Of a DNA stretch of 64,000 nucleotides, positions 56,500 to 64,000 are shown in pieces. This DNA is from Anaerolineae bacterium (GTDB lineage: Bacteria; Chloroflexota; Anaerolineae; Promineifilales; Promineifilaceae). The notes beneath the pieces are model-generated. The model did not search any database and was not told the DNA's origin. It saw nothing but the letters and a program-made list of their open reading frames with translations. Position 1 is the first letter of the stretch. Each line of letters opens with the position of its first letter. The stretch is from NCBI GenBank assembly GCA_026129185.1, contig JAHCIO010000019.1, positions 4,198-68,197 of the forward strand, in the 5' to 3' direction. The translations under genes were made by a program, and so were the position numbers.

Positions 56500-56624
56500 G
56501 CGCCAAGCCGCTCACGCAAAGGACGCCAAGGAAGCAAAGAGCGCTAAGTAAGAAAGCTGCTTCTTTGCGCCTTTGCTTCTTCGCTTCTTTGCGCCTTTGC
56601 TTACTTTGCGGCTTGGCGTGAGCT
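56500..56624. repeat. CGCAAAG/CTTTGCG-type imperfect palindrome
   Basis: Same family as the inner palindrome at about 9745-9848. Confidence 0.75.
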
Positions 56625-56667
56625 CTTATTCGTCATCCCTGTTCGATTTGTGGGCTATAATGGGTCT

Positions 56668-57450
56668 ATGTCCTTTCGTCAGATGCTGCCCTTCCTGTTC
56701 CTGAATATCGTCGTCTCCGCCGTCGTCGTGTTGAGCATCCTCTTCTGGTGGGACAATCGCAACGGCGAGGCCGCCCTGGCTGAGGCGACCGCGGCGGCGA
56801 CACTGCCGCCGGGCGTGCTGGCCACGCCCAACATCGCCGCGCCGCCGTCGGGCACCGTGCCGGCCGAGGCCGCCGCCAACACGGCCGCGACCGGCGACGA
56901 CGCCCCCGTCGTCCACACCGTGCAGGCCGGCGACACGCTCAACCGCATCAGCCAGCAATACGACGTCAGCGTGGACGACATCATGGCCGCCAACGGCCTG
57001 ACCGACCCCAACATCATTTCCGTCGGGCAGCAACTGATCATCCCCGTGGGCGGACTGCCGACCCCAACCGTCCCGCCACCGACGGAGATCGCCGCCCTGC
57101 CCTCGCCCATTCCCACCGAGGCGGTCGTCACCGGCCAGGGCGAGATCGCCATCGCCGGCATCAACACGCCCGGCGTGCTGGCCACCGAGGCTGTGCAAAT
57201 CGTCAACAACGGCGCGGAGTTGCAATCGCTGCAAGGCTGGAAGGTGCGCGACGAGGACGGCAACGTCTACACCTTCGGCGACGTGGGCATCTTCGGCGAG
57301 GGCGCGGGCATCCTGTTGCACAGCGGCGCGGGCACCGATAGCCCGCTGGAGTTGTTCTGGGGGCTGACCGAGCCGGCCTGGCGCAGCGGCGAGACGTTGA
57401 CGCTCTGGGACGCGGCCGACCAGGTCGTCGGTACGTTTGTCATTCCCTGA
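56668..57450 (+). CDS. Membrane-anchored LysM plus lamin-tail-domain protein
   Basis: N-terminal TM; HTVQAGDTLNRIS..NGLTDPNIISVGQQLIIP (LysM); EAVQIVN..LQGWKVRD..YTF (LTD-like). Confidence 0.85.
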   Translation: MSFRQMLPFLFLNIVVSAVVVLSILFWWDNRNGEAALAEATAAATLPPGVLATPNIAAPPSGTVPAEAAANTAATGDDAPVVHTVQAGDTLNRISQQYDVSVDDIMAANGLTDPNIISVGQQLIIPVGGLPTPTVPPPTEIAALPSPIPTEAVVTGQGEIAIAGINTPGVLATEAVQIVNNGAELQSLQGWKVRDEDGNVYTFGDVGIFGEGAGILLHSGAGTDSPLELFWGLTEPAWRSGETLTLWDAADQVVGTFVIP

Positions 57451-57468
57451 CGAGGAGGTGGATGAGCG

Positions 57469-57696
57469 ATGCGTGGTCTGGTCGATCGCAAGGGCGAACA
57501 GTTCGCCTACCTCATTGGCAATGTCCTCTACACGATGGACGACGAGCCGAGCGGCCGGCTGGAAGGCGAGACTATCGTCGATCTGGCCGGCAAGCCGGTC
57601 TGGCGCGTCGTCGGCGACGGCGTCTATGCCATTCGCGGCCTGGAGACCATCGGCTACCTGACCGAAGAGCGGCGCGAAGACGAGCACCGGGGTTAA
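57469..57696 (+). CDS. Small hypothetical beta-rich protein
   Basis: SD GAGGAGG; fills the gap between flanking genes; repeated D..G..(A/V/I)G(Y/R) units. Confidence 0.65.
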   Translation: MRGLVDRKGEQFAYLIGNVLYTMDDEPSGRLEGETIVDLAGKPVWRVVGDGVYAIRGLETIGYLTEERREDEHRG

Positions 57697-57697
57697 C

Positions 57698-58582
57698 ATG
57701 CGACTGGGCGCCCACATCAGCACGGCCGGCGGGGCCTATCGTTCCTTCGAGCGCGCGCGCGAGGCCACGTGCGAGTCGCTGCTCATCTTCACCAAGAGCA
57801 ATCGCCAATGGGCGGCCAAGGCGCTGACCGACGACGACATCAGCCGCTATCGCGCCGCCGCCACAGAGTACGCCGACCTCTTCCCGACGTGCGTCCACGC
57901 CAGCTACCTGATCAACGTCGCCTCGCCCGACCCGGCACTATGGGAGCGGTCGTGTGTGGCGCTACGGGATGAGGTCGAGCGGGCGGCGGCGCTGGGGATC
58001 GAGCTGATCACCTTCCACCCCGGCTCCTACATGGACAGCGACGCCGAGGCCGGGCTGGACGCCATCGCCCGCGCGCTGCGCCGCCTGCTGGCGGAGACGG
58101 CCGAGAGCGCGCCCAGGACGATCATCTGCCTGGAGACGATGGCCGGCCAGGGGACGAACCTTGGCGGGCGCTTCGAGCACCTGGCGGCGATCATCGAGCG
58201 GGCCGGCGGCAGCGCGCGGCTGGGCGTCTGCTTCGATACTTGCCACGTCTTCGCCGCCGGCTACGACATTCGCATGCCGGCGGCCTACGCGGCCACGCTG
58301 GCCGAGTTCGACCGCGTCGTAGGTCTGGGGCGCATCCGCTGCTTCCACTTCAACGACAGCAAGCACGGCCTGGGCGAGGGCAAGGATCGTCACGAGCACA
58401 TCGGCCGCGGCCAGATCGGCCTGGCCGGCTTCGCCAACTTCGTCAACGACCCGCGCTGGGCCGGCCATTGCGCCCACCTGGAGACGCCGCCGACCGAGGA
58501 CGCCGACGACGGCACGGTGACGGACATGAACCAGGTCAATCTGGCCGCGCTGCGCGCCCTGCGCGCGTCGTCCACGGAGTAG
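57698..58582 (+). CDS. nfo: Endonuclease IV
   Basis: GAHISTAGG, HASYLINVAS, FHPGS, LETMAGQG, CFDTCH, HFNDSK, DRHEHIG, LETP. Confidence 0.96.
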   Translation: MRLGAHISTAGGAYRSFERAREATCESLLIFTKSNRQWAAKALTDDDISRYRAAATEYADLFPTCVHASYLINVASPDPALWERSCVALRDEVERAAALGIELITFHPGSYMDSDAEAGLDAIARALRRLLAETAESAPRTIICLETMAGQGTNLGGRFEHLAAIIERAGGSARLGVCFDTCHVFAAGYDIRMPAAYAATLAEFDRVVGLGRIRCFHFNDSKHGLGEGKDRHEHIGRGQIGLAGFANFVNDPRWAGHCAHLETPPTEDADDGTVTDMNQVNLAALRALRASSTE

Positions 58583-58646
58583 CGCCCGCCCGCGCGGCCA
58601 CAACCCACAATGCCGGATCAGCATCCGGCGACCATTTGGAGCGCCT

Positions 58647-59720
58647 ATGTTTATCGTCGATGCCCATCTCGATATCGCCTACAACGCCCTGAACAAGGGG
58701 CGCGACCCGCGGCGCAAGCTGACGGAGATTCGCGCCGCCGAAGCGCCCGCCTACGCCCGCGGCATCCCCACGGTCAGCTTCTCGGCCATGCGCCGTGGCG
58801 GCGTGGGCCTGGCCTTTGCCACGCTCTTCAACTCGCCGCGAGACAACCCCTTCCCCGACGGCAGCGAGGAGGATGAATGCTACAGCACGGCCGAGGAGGC
58901 CCACCGCCTGGGCATGAAGCAGGTTGACTTCTACCGGCGGCTGGTGGATGAGGACGAGACGCTGCGGCTGGTGACCGACCGGGCGACGCTGGACGAGGTC
59001 GTCGCCAGCCACGCGGCCAGCGGCGAGGACGCCCGGCCGCTACTGGGCCTGCTGCTGCTCATGGAAGGGGCCGACCACATCCGCGTGCCGGAGGAGACAG
59101 AGCTATGGCGCGACGCCGGCGTGCGCGTCATCGGCCCGGCATGGGACGACACGCGCTATTGCGACGGGGCCTGGCGCGGCAGCAAGACCGGCCTCTCGGC
59201 CGCCGGCCGCCGCCTGCTGGAGGTCATGGCCGACCTGGGGCTGATCCTCGACCTGACCCACATGAGCGAGATCGCCGCCCTCCAGTCCCTCGACGCCTAC
59301 GCCGGGCCGGTCGTGGCCACCCACGCCAACGCCCGCGCCCTCGTGCCCACCGAGCGGCAACTGGGCGACAAGCAAATCCGCCTCATCGGCGAGCGCGACG
59401 GGATGATCGGCTGCGTGCTGTTCAACGCCTTCCTACGCGCCGGCTACCGCAAGGGCGACAACAAGGCCACAGTGACGCTCGACCACGTCGTCGCCCACAT
59501 CGACCACGTCTGCCAGCTCATCGGCGACGCGCGCCACGCGGGCATCGGCAGCGACCTCGACGGCGGCTTCGGCGCGGCCGACATCCCCACGCCGCTGGAC
59601 AGCATCGCCGACCTGCGCCTCATCGGCGAGGCGCTGGGCGAAAAGGGCTACAGCCCGGACGACGTGGCCGGCATCATGGGCGGCAACTGGGTGGCGCTGC
59701 TGCGGCGGACGCTGGCCTAG
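58647..59720 (+). CDS. Membrane dipeptidase (M19 family)
   Basis: DAHLD, EGAD, DLTH, ATHAN, GIGSDLDG, GGNW. Confidence 0.9.
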   Translation: MFIVDAHLDIAYNALNKGRDPRRKLTEIRAAEAPAYARGIPTVSFSAMRRGGVGLAFATLFNSPRDNPFPDGSEEDECYSTAEEAHRLGMKQVDFYRRLVDEDETLRLVTDRATLDEVVASHAASGEDARPLLGLLLLMEGADHIRVPEETELWRDAGVRVIGPAWDDTRYCDGAWRGSKTGLSAAGRRLLEVMADLGLILDLTHMSEIAALQSLDAYAGPVVATHANARALVPTERQLGDKQIRLIGERDGMIGCVLFNAFLRAGYRKGDNKATVTLDHVVAHIDHVCQLIGDARHAGIGSDLDGGFGAADIPTPLDSIADLRLIGEALGEKGYSPDDVAGIMGGNWVALLRRTLA

Positions 59721-61369
59721 CCCGCGCCGAACGTCGGTAAGCCCAAATCGATCATCGGCTGCCCCGCCAGGAGAGCGTCGAGCGCGGCCCGCGTCGCCGC
59801 GCGGTCGTCCCACGGGTATTCGACCGCGCCGAAGGCCATCGACTGCTCGTGCCCCTTGCCGCAGACCAGGACGACATCCCCCGGCCGCGCCAGCGCCAGG
59901 GCGAAGTGGATCGCCTGGCCGCGGTCGGGCACGCGCCAGAACGTCTGCCCCTCCACGCCGCCGGCGGCCCGCGCGGCCTCAGCCATCGTCGCCAGGATGG
60001 CGTCGAGCGACTCGGTGCGCGGGTCTTCGGCCGTCAGCACGGTCAGGTCGGCGGCGCGGGCGCTGATGTCGGCCATGAGCGCGCGCTTGGCCACGTCGCG
60101 CTTGCCGGCGCTGCCGAAGACGGCAATGACCCGGCCGGGCGCGTCAGCCATCCGTCGCGCCGCGCCGATGGCCCGGTCGAGAGCGTTGGGCGTGTGGGCG
60201 AAGTCCACCAGAACGAGGAAGGGCTGGCCGCGGTCGATGCGCTCCATGCGCCCGCTGAGGGCGCGCACCGCCTCCAGCCCGGCGCGGATGGCCGCCGGCG
60301 CGATGCCCAACGCCGCCGCCGCGGCGGCGGCGGCCAGCATGTTGTCGACGTTGAACGCGCCCACCAGCGCCGAGGACACCGGCAGCGGCTCGACCTGCCC
60401 GCGTAACCCCAGCGCCAGCCGCGTCGCCCCCGGCTCATAGGCGACGGCCGCGGCCCAGGCGTCCAGCGCGGTCCCGCCCGGCCGTTGGCCATAGGCGCGC
60501 ACGTCCACCGGCCGCCCGGCCAGAAACGCGGCCAGCGGCGCGTAGGAAGCGTCGTCGCGGTTGAGAACGGCTGTGCGCGGGATGGCCACCTTCTGTGGAT
60601 TAGACGAGGGCGCGTGCAAGGGGTCATCGAGCAGGGCGGCGAAGAGGCGGCGCTTGGCCGCGAAGTAGGCCTCGTAGCTGCCGTGGTAGTCGAGGTGCTC
60701 GTGGGTGATGTTGGTGACGACGGCCACATCGAAGGCGACGGCGGCGACGCGGCTCTGGGCCAGGGCGTGGGAGGTCGTCTCCAGGACAACGTGGGTCAGC
60801 CCGGCATCGACCATGCGCCGCAGATAGCGCTGGACGACGGGGGCCTCCGGCGTGGTGACGTGGACGGCCAGCGGCTCCTCCTCGTCGCCGATGATGGCGC
60901 GGATGGTGCTGAGCAACCCGGCCCGCAGGCCGGCGGCGCGCAGGATGGCGTGGAGGATGTTGGCCGTGGTGGTCTTGCCGTCGGTGCCGGTGATGCCGAT
61001 CACCACCAGGTCGCGGCTGGGGAAGCCCTCCGTGGCGGCAGCCAGCCAGGCCTGGGCCTCGGCCGTGTCGGGCACGGCCAGGTAGGCGACGCCGGGCGGC
61101 ACAGCCACGCCGGCCACTTCCGGCGGCTGTTGGGCCAGGATGACGCTTGCGCCACGGGCCAGGGCGTCGCCGATGTAGGGGTGGCCGTCGCTGCCGGTGC
61201 GGACGCGGGCGACGAAGGCCATGCCCGGCTCGACCTCGCCCGACTTCTCCGTGAAGCCGGTCAGCACCACGTCGGGGCCGTCGTAGGCGGGGGGCTGGGG
61301 GTGGTGGGTGCCGGCGACGGCGGCGCGCCAGGTGGAGAGGAGGGACGAAAGGGAGTGACGGGTGATCAT
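59717..61369 (-). CDS. murE: UDP-MurNAc-tripeptide synthetase
   Basis: ITGTDGKTTT, TTPEA, LETTSH, NITHEHLDYH, GRMER, VDFAHTP, GKGHE. Confidence 0.93.
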   Translation of the reverse strand: MITRHSLSSLLSTWRAAVAGTHHPQPPAYDGPDVVLTGFTEKSGEVEPGMAFVARVRTGSDGHPYIGDALARGASVILAQQPPEVAGVAVPPGVAYLAVPDTAEAQAWLAAATEGFPSRDLVVIGITGTDGKTTTANILHAILRAAGLRAGLLSTIRAIIGDEEEPLAVHVTTPEAPVVQRYLRRMVDAGLTHVVLETTSHALAQSRVAAVAFDVAVVTNITHEHLDYHGSYEAYFAAKRRLFAALLDDPLHAPSSNPQKVAIPRTAVLNRDDASYAPLAAFLAGRPVDVRAYGQRPGGTALDAWAAAVAYEPGATRLALGLRGQVEPLPVSSALVGAFNVDNMLAAAAAAAALGIAPAAIRAGLEAVRALSGRMERIDRGQPFLVLVDFAHTPNALDRAIGAARRMADAPGRVIAVFGSAGKRDVAKRALMADISARAADLTVLTAEDPRTESLDAILATMAEAARAAGGVEGQTFWRVPDRGQAIHFALALARPGDVVLVCGKGHEQSMAFGAVEYPWDDRAATRAALDALLAGQPMIDLGLPTFGAG

Positions 61370-61372
61370 CAA

Positions 61373-62134
61373 CTACGAAAGGCCCGGCATGGTTTTGTCC
61401 AAGTCGTAATTGCCTGAGTTTGCTTCTACTAGCCTGGGCCAGTCAATCGCGCCGGTTTCATCACAGAATCTGTCTACGAACTGTTGGGTTAGTAAATTGA
61501 CAAGGCCGTCGCGCGCCCTGATATAGGCATCGTTGTGATCCTTGGCACGATAGCCTACTGGCTCGATGATGTTGCGATAGAGGTCTCTGTCGCCGGAGAT
61601 AAATGTCCAGAAGTTCTGGCCAACAATTTTAAGGTAGCCGTGCTTGGGGTTCCGCGCGGTCTTCACCTTGCCGTAGCAAATACCAAGCACCGCGTCGGCA
61701 TTGACGCGCCCTTGCCTTAGACGAATGAGCGCCTTGCTAAGATGCTCGGCAAGCTTCTCTTGCTGGGAAGAGTTACCCCAGTTCGTCCCCGACTTTATGC
61801 TAATGACATAGTGGACACCGTCGCGCACTAGTTCCAGGTCAATGCCGGGGCTGGAGGACTTACGCCCATCTATCGCTTGCGCAGCCACAAAGATCGCCAG
61901 CCCCTCCAGAAAGTCGCCAAAGTCTTTTTCCTCAGAGGATGAAAGAAAGGCGGTGAGTGTCTGCTCTACCAGTTCAGATGCCCTGGTGATGTTCTTGGCA
62001 CGGAAGAGATATGGGTTCTTGTTAATCAGATGGGATAGCTTGAGTTCCTGAACGCACCGCAGCCTGCGAGCATGGAACATGTCAATGTTCTCATTGACAT
62101 AAGCTGCGATGTCGGCTGGGTCTATTTGGTTCAT
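61373..62134 (-). CDS. Type II restriction endonuclease (EcoO109I/PmeII-like)
   Basis: KNPYLFRAK, FGDFLEGLA, GIDLE..SIKSGTNWGNSSQ; adjacent MTase. Confidence 0.8.
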   Translation of the reverse strand: MNQIDPADIAAYVNENIDMFHARRLRCVQELKLSHLINKNPYLFRAKNITRASELVEQTLTAFLSSSEEKDFGDFLEGLAIFVAAQAIDGRKSSSPGIDLELVRDGVHYVISIKSGTNWGNSSQQEKLAEHLSKALIRLRQGRVNADAVLGICYGKVKTARNPKHGYLKIVGQNFWTFISGDRDLYRNIIEPVGYRAKDHNDAYIRARDGLVNLLTQQFVDRFCDETGAIDWPRLVEANSGNYDLDKTMPGLS

Positions 62135-62141
62135 GACAAAA

Positions 62142-62975
62142 TCACCAAAGTGTCTCCTGGTACGCAGCCACTTTATCCAACCGCTCCCTGGCCAGCTTAA
62201 CGAACGCTTCCTGCGCATCGATGCCGATCCACTGCCGGCCGACTTGCTTGGCGGCCACGCACGTTGTGCCTGAACCGGCAAAAGGATCGAGGACGACATC
62301 GTCCTTCTCCGTCAGAAGCTTGATGAACCAGGCCGGCAGGGCGACGGGAAACGTGGCCGCGTGGCCGCGATTGTAACACTCTGTGGCCATGTGCAGGACG
62401 TTGTTGGGGTAGACCATCTCGCGCCCTACCCAGTTGGAGATGTTCTTGCCAAAGCCGCTGCCGACGCGGGAGTTGTCGCGCCGCTTGTCAGTGTCGCTCA
62501 GGTTCTTCAGGCGCGATTCGGCCCACTCGCCCACGGGGACCATAACGGCATCCTGGAACATCTTGAACTGCTTGCTCCGGGTGAAGTGCAGCAGACGTTC
62601 CCAGTTGTCCCGGAAGCGGTTGGGCCACTTGCCAGGATGGGAGTTCTTCTTGTGCCACATGTACTCTTCCGTCCACAGCCAGCCCTGCCGTCTCATGGCG
62701 AGGATGAGTTCCAGCACATAGGTGTGGCGCTCGCCATCGACAACACGTTCCTTGATGTTCAGGATGAAGGAGCCTGTCGGTTTGAGCACCCGCCGCATCT
62801 CCTCGGCGCGGGGCATGAACCATTCGACGTAGCGATCGGGGTGGATGCCGCCGTAGACGTTCTTGCGTTGGTCAGCGTAGGGCGGCGAGGTCACGATGAG
62901 ATCGACCGTGGCGTCAGGAATCTCTCTGAGCACGTCCAGGCAGTCGCCAAGAAGGATCTGGTTTAGGTAGCTCAT
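62142..62975 (-). CDS. Beta-class amino-methyltransferase (SPPY; likely m4C)
   Basis: LIVTSPPY precedes LDPFAGSGTT. Confidence 0.92.
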   Translation of the reverse strand: MSYLNQILLGDCLDVLREIPDATVDLIVTSPPYADQRKNVYGGIHPDRYVEWFMPRAEEMRRVLKPTGSFILNIKERVVDGERHTYVLELILAMRRQGWLWTEEYMWHKKNSHPGKWPNRFRDNWERLLHFTRSKQFKMFQDAVMVPVGEWAESRLKNLSDTDKRRDNSRVGSGFGKNISNWVGREMVYPNNVLHMATECYNRGHAATFPVALPAWFIKLLTEKDDVVLDPFAGSGTTCVAAKQVGRQWIGIDAQEAFVKLARERLDKVAAYQETLW

Positions 62976-63020
62976 GGGATCTCTCAATTGCTCAGCCGAA
63001 CGGCACAAGGTTTTTAGCAC

Positions 63021-63746
63021 CTATTGCGGGGCGGCAAGGCCGAGCGCGGCATCCTCCGCGAACGGGCTGCCCCTCTCCGCCAACAGCGACAGCAGCCGCG
63101 GGTAGCCGGCGTAGACGCCGCGGTGGCTGGGCGGCAACAGGGCGGCGATCTGGCACATGATCTCGTCGGTCTGCTCTTGCAGCCAGGCGTCGCGGTTGGC
63201 GCGCGGCATGGGCGGCAGGAAGTAGGGCGCGCCCACGCGGATGGTGATGTCCAGCCGTTGGAAGCGCTTCAGACGCTGCTTAACGATGCGATCCTCCGTG
63301 CCGACGATGCCGATGGGGATGATGGGCAGGTTCGACTTGGCCGCCAGATAGGCCGCGCCGCGTTGGCCGGGCAGCAGCGACTCGGTCGGGCTGCGCGTGC
63401 CCTCCGGGGCCACGGCCAGCACCTCGCCCTGCTCCAGCCGCTTCAGCACCGCCCGCAGCGCGCCGAAGTCAGCGTCGAAGCGGTTGATCCAGATGCCGTC
63501 CACCTTGCGAGCGATGTAGCGCCAGATGGCGTACTTCTTGTACTTCTCGGCCAGGATAAGAACGATGTCATCCCGGTTGGCCAGGATGATGGCCAGGAAG
63601 GCTTCCAGCCGGCCGATGTGGTTGCCGGTGATAATGAAGCCGCCGGTCTGGTGGTCGATGCTCCCGATGATCTCAATCCGGGCGATGACGTGCAGGACAA
63701 AGCGGGCAATGGCCCGAACGAGGCGCAGGAACGTGTGCTTGCTCAT
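63021..63746 (-). CDS. plsC: 1-acyl-sn-glycerol-3-phosphate acyltransferase
   Basis: NHIGRLE (HX4D/E-like), APEGTRS, PIIPIGI. Confidence 0.85.
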   Translation of the reverse strand: MSKHTFLRLVRAIARFVLHVIARIEIIGSIDHQTGGFIITGNHIGRLEAFLAIILANRDDIVLILAEKYKKYAIWRYIARKVDGIWINRFDADFGALRAVLKRLEQGEVLAVAPEGTRSPTESLLPGQRGAAYLAAKSNLPIIPIGIVGTEDRIVKQRLKRFQRLDITIRVGAPYFLPPMPRANRDAWLQEQTDEIMCQIAALLPPSHRGVYAGYPRLLSLLAERGSPFAEDAALGLAAPQ

Positions 63747-63833
63747 GGGAGAAGTATTGTAGAGCAACGGCCGCGGGTGGCAAAGGAGAGGCGGAGTGAG
63801 CAGTGGGGGCATATGGTCATTGGTAGCCGGCCA

Positions 63834-64000
63834 CTATTCCGGCTCCAGACGCCATGTGCCGGCGGCGGCAGCCAGGACGCGCGGGCGGGAGAAGAGGAGC
63901 GGGAAGTAGCGCCCTTCGCGCCATTCCGCCAGCCGGTCGCGGTAGTGGGGGCTGGCAGGATGGCCCGATTGGCCGCCGGGCAGCGCCGCCAGGCTCTCGT
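63834..64000 (-). CDS. Penicillin acylase family protein, C-terminal end (partial)
   Basis: Manual translation: ..LPGGQSGHPASPHYRDRLAEWREGRYFPL..*. Confidence 0.8.
   Translation of the reverse strand, partial: ESLAALPGGQSGHPASPHYRDRLAEWREGRYFPLLFSRPRVLAAAAGTWRLEPE

Overview
High-GC bacterial chromosomal window. It is most likely Chloroflexota (Anaerolineae/Ardenticatenia-like, e.g. Ca. Promineifilum); this is an inference from the dnaB-dnaD-tandem-AAA cluster and secreted proteins carrying LPL/FI motifs. It is mostly housekeeping: aroKB/aroQ, holA, dnaB/dnaD/loader, icd, thiD, tsaE/tsaB/rimI, menG, nfo, murE, plsC. Accessory DNA is interleaved: five toxin-antitoxin pairs, a single-chain Type IIG-like R-M enzyme with a low-GC specificity region, a Type II R-M pair wedged between plsC and murE, an internally deleted ISAs1, and an intact ISKra4-like IS with 23-bp TIRs and an 8-bp TSD. 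The best candidates for undescribed biology are: (1) a ubiquitin-like (beta-grasp, C-terminal GG) small protein coupled to a 1618-aa DUF4132-type protein with no E1/E2/JAB nearby; (2) an unannotated ~320-nt promoter-to-terminator RNA at 8898-9216 with three nested long-range helices and repeated C/A-rich motifs; (3) a Tat-exported triple Cys-rich repeat protein with a cytochrome-b-like membrane partner next to a P1B-4 metal ATPase; (4) several families of intergenic palindromic/heptamer repeats that also sit in-frame inside protein genes. A 6S-like RNA and an HNH-containing Hrq1/MrfA helicase are also visible. No rRNA, tRNA or CRISPR array was found. All family assignments are from motif recognition, not database searches.
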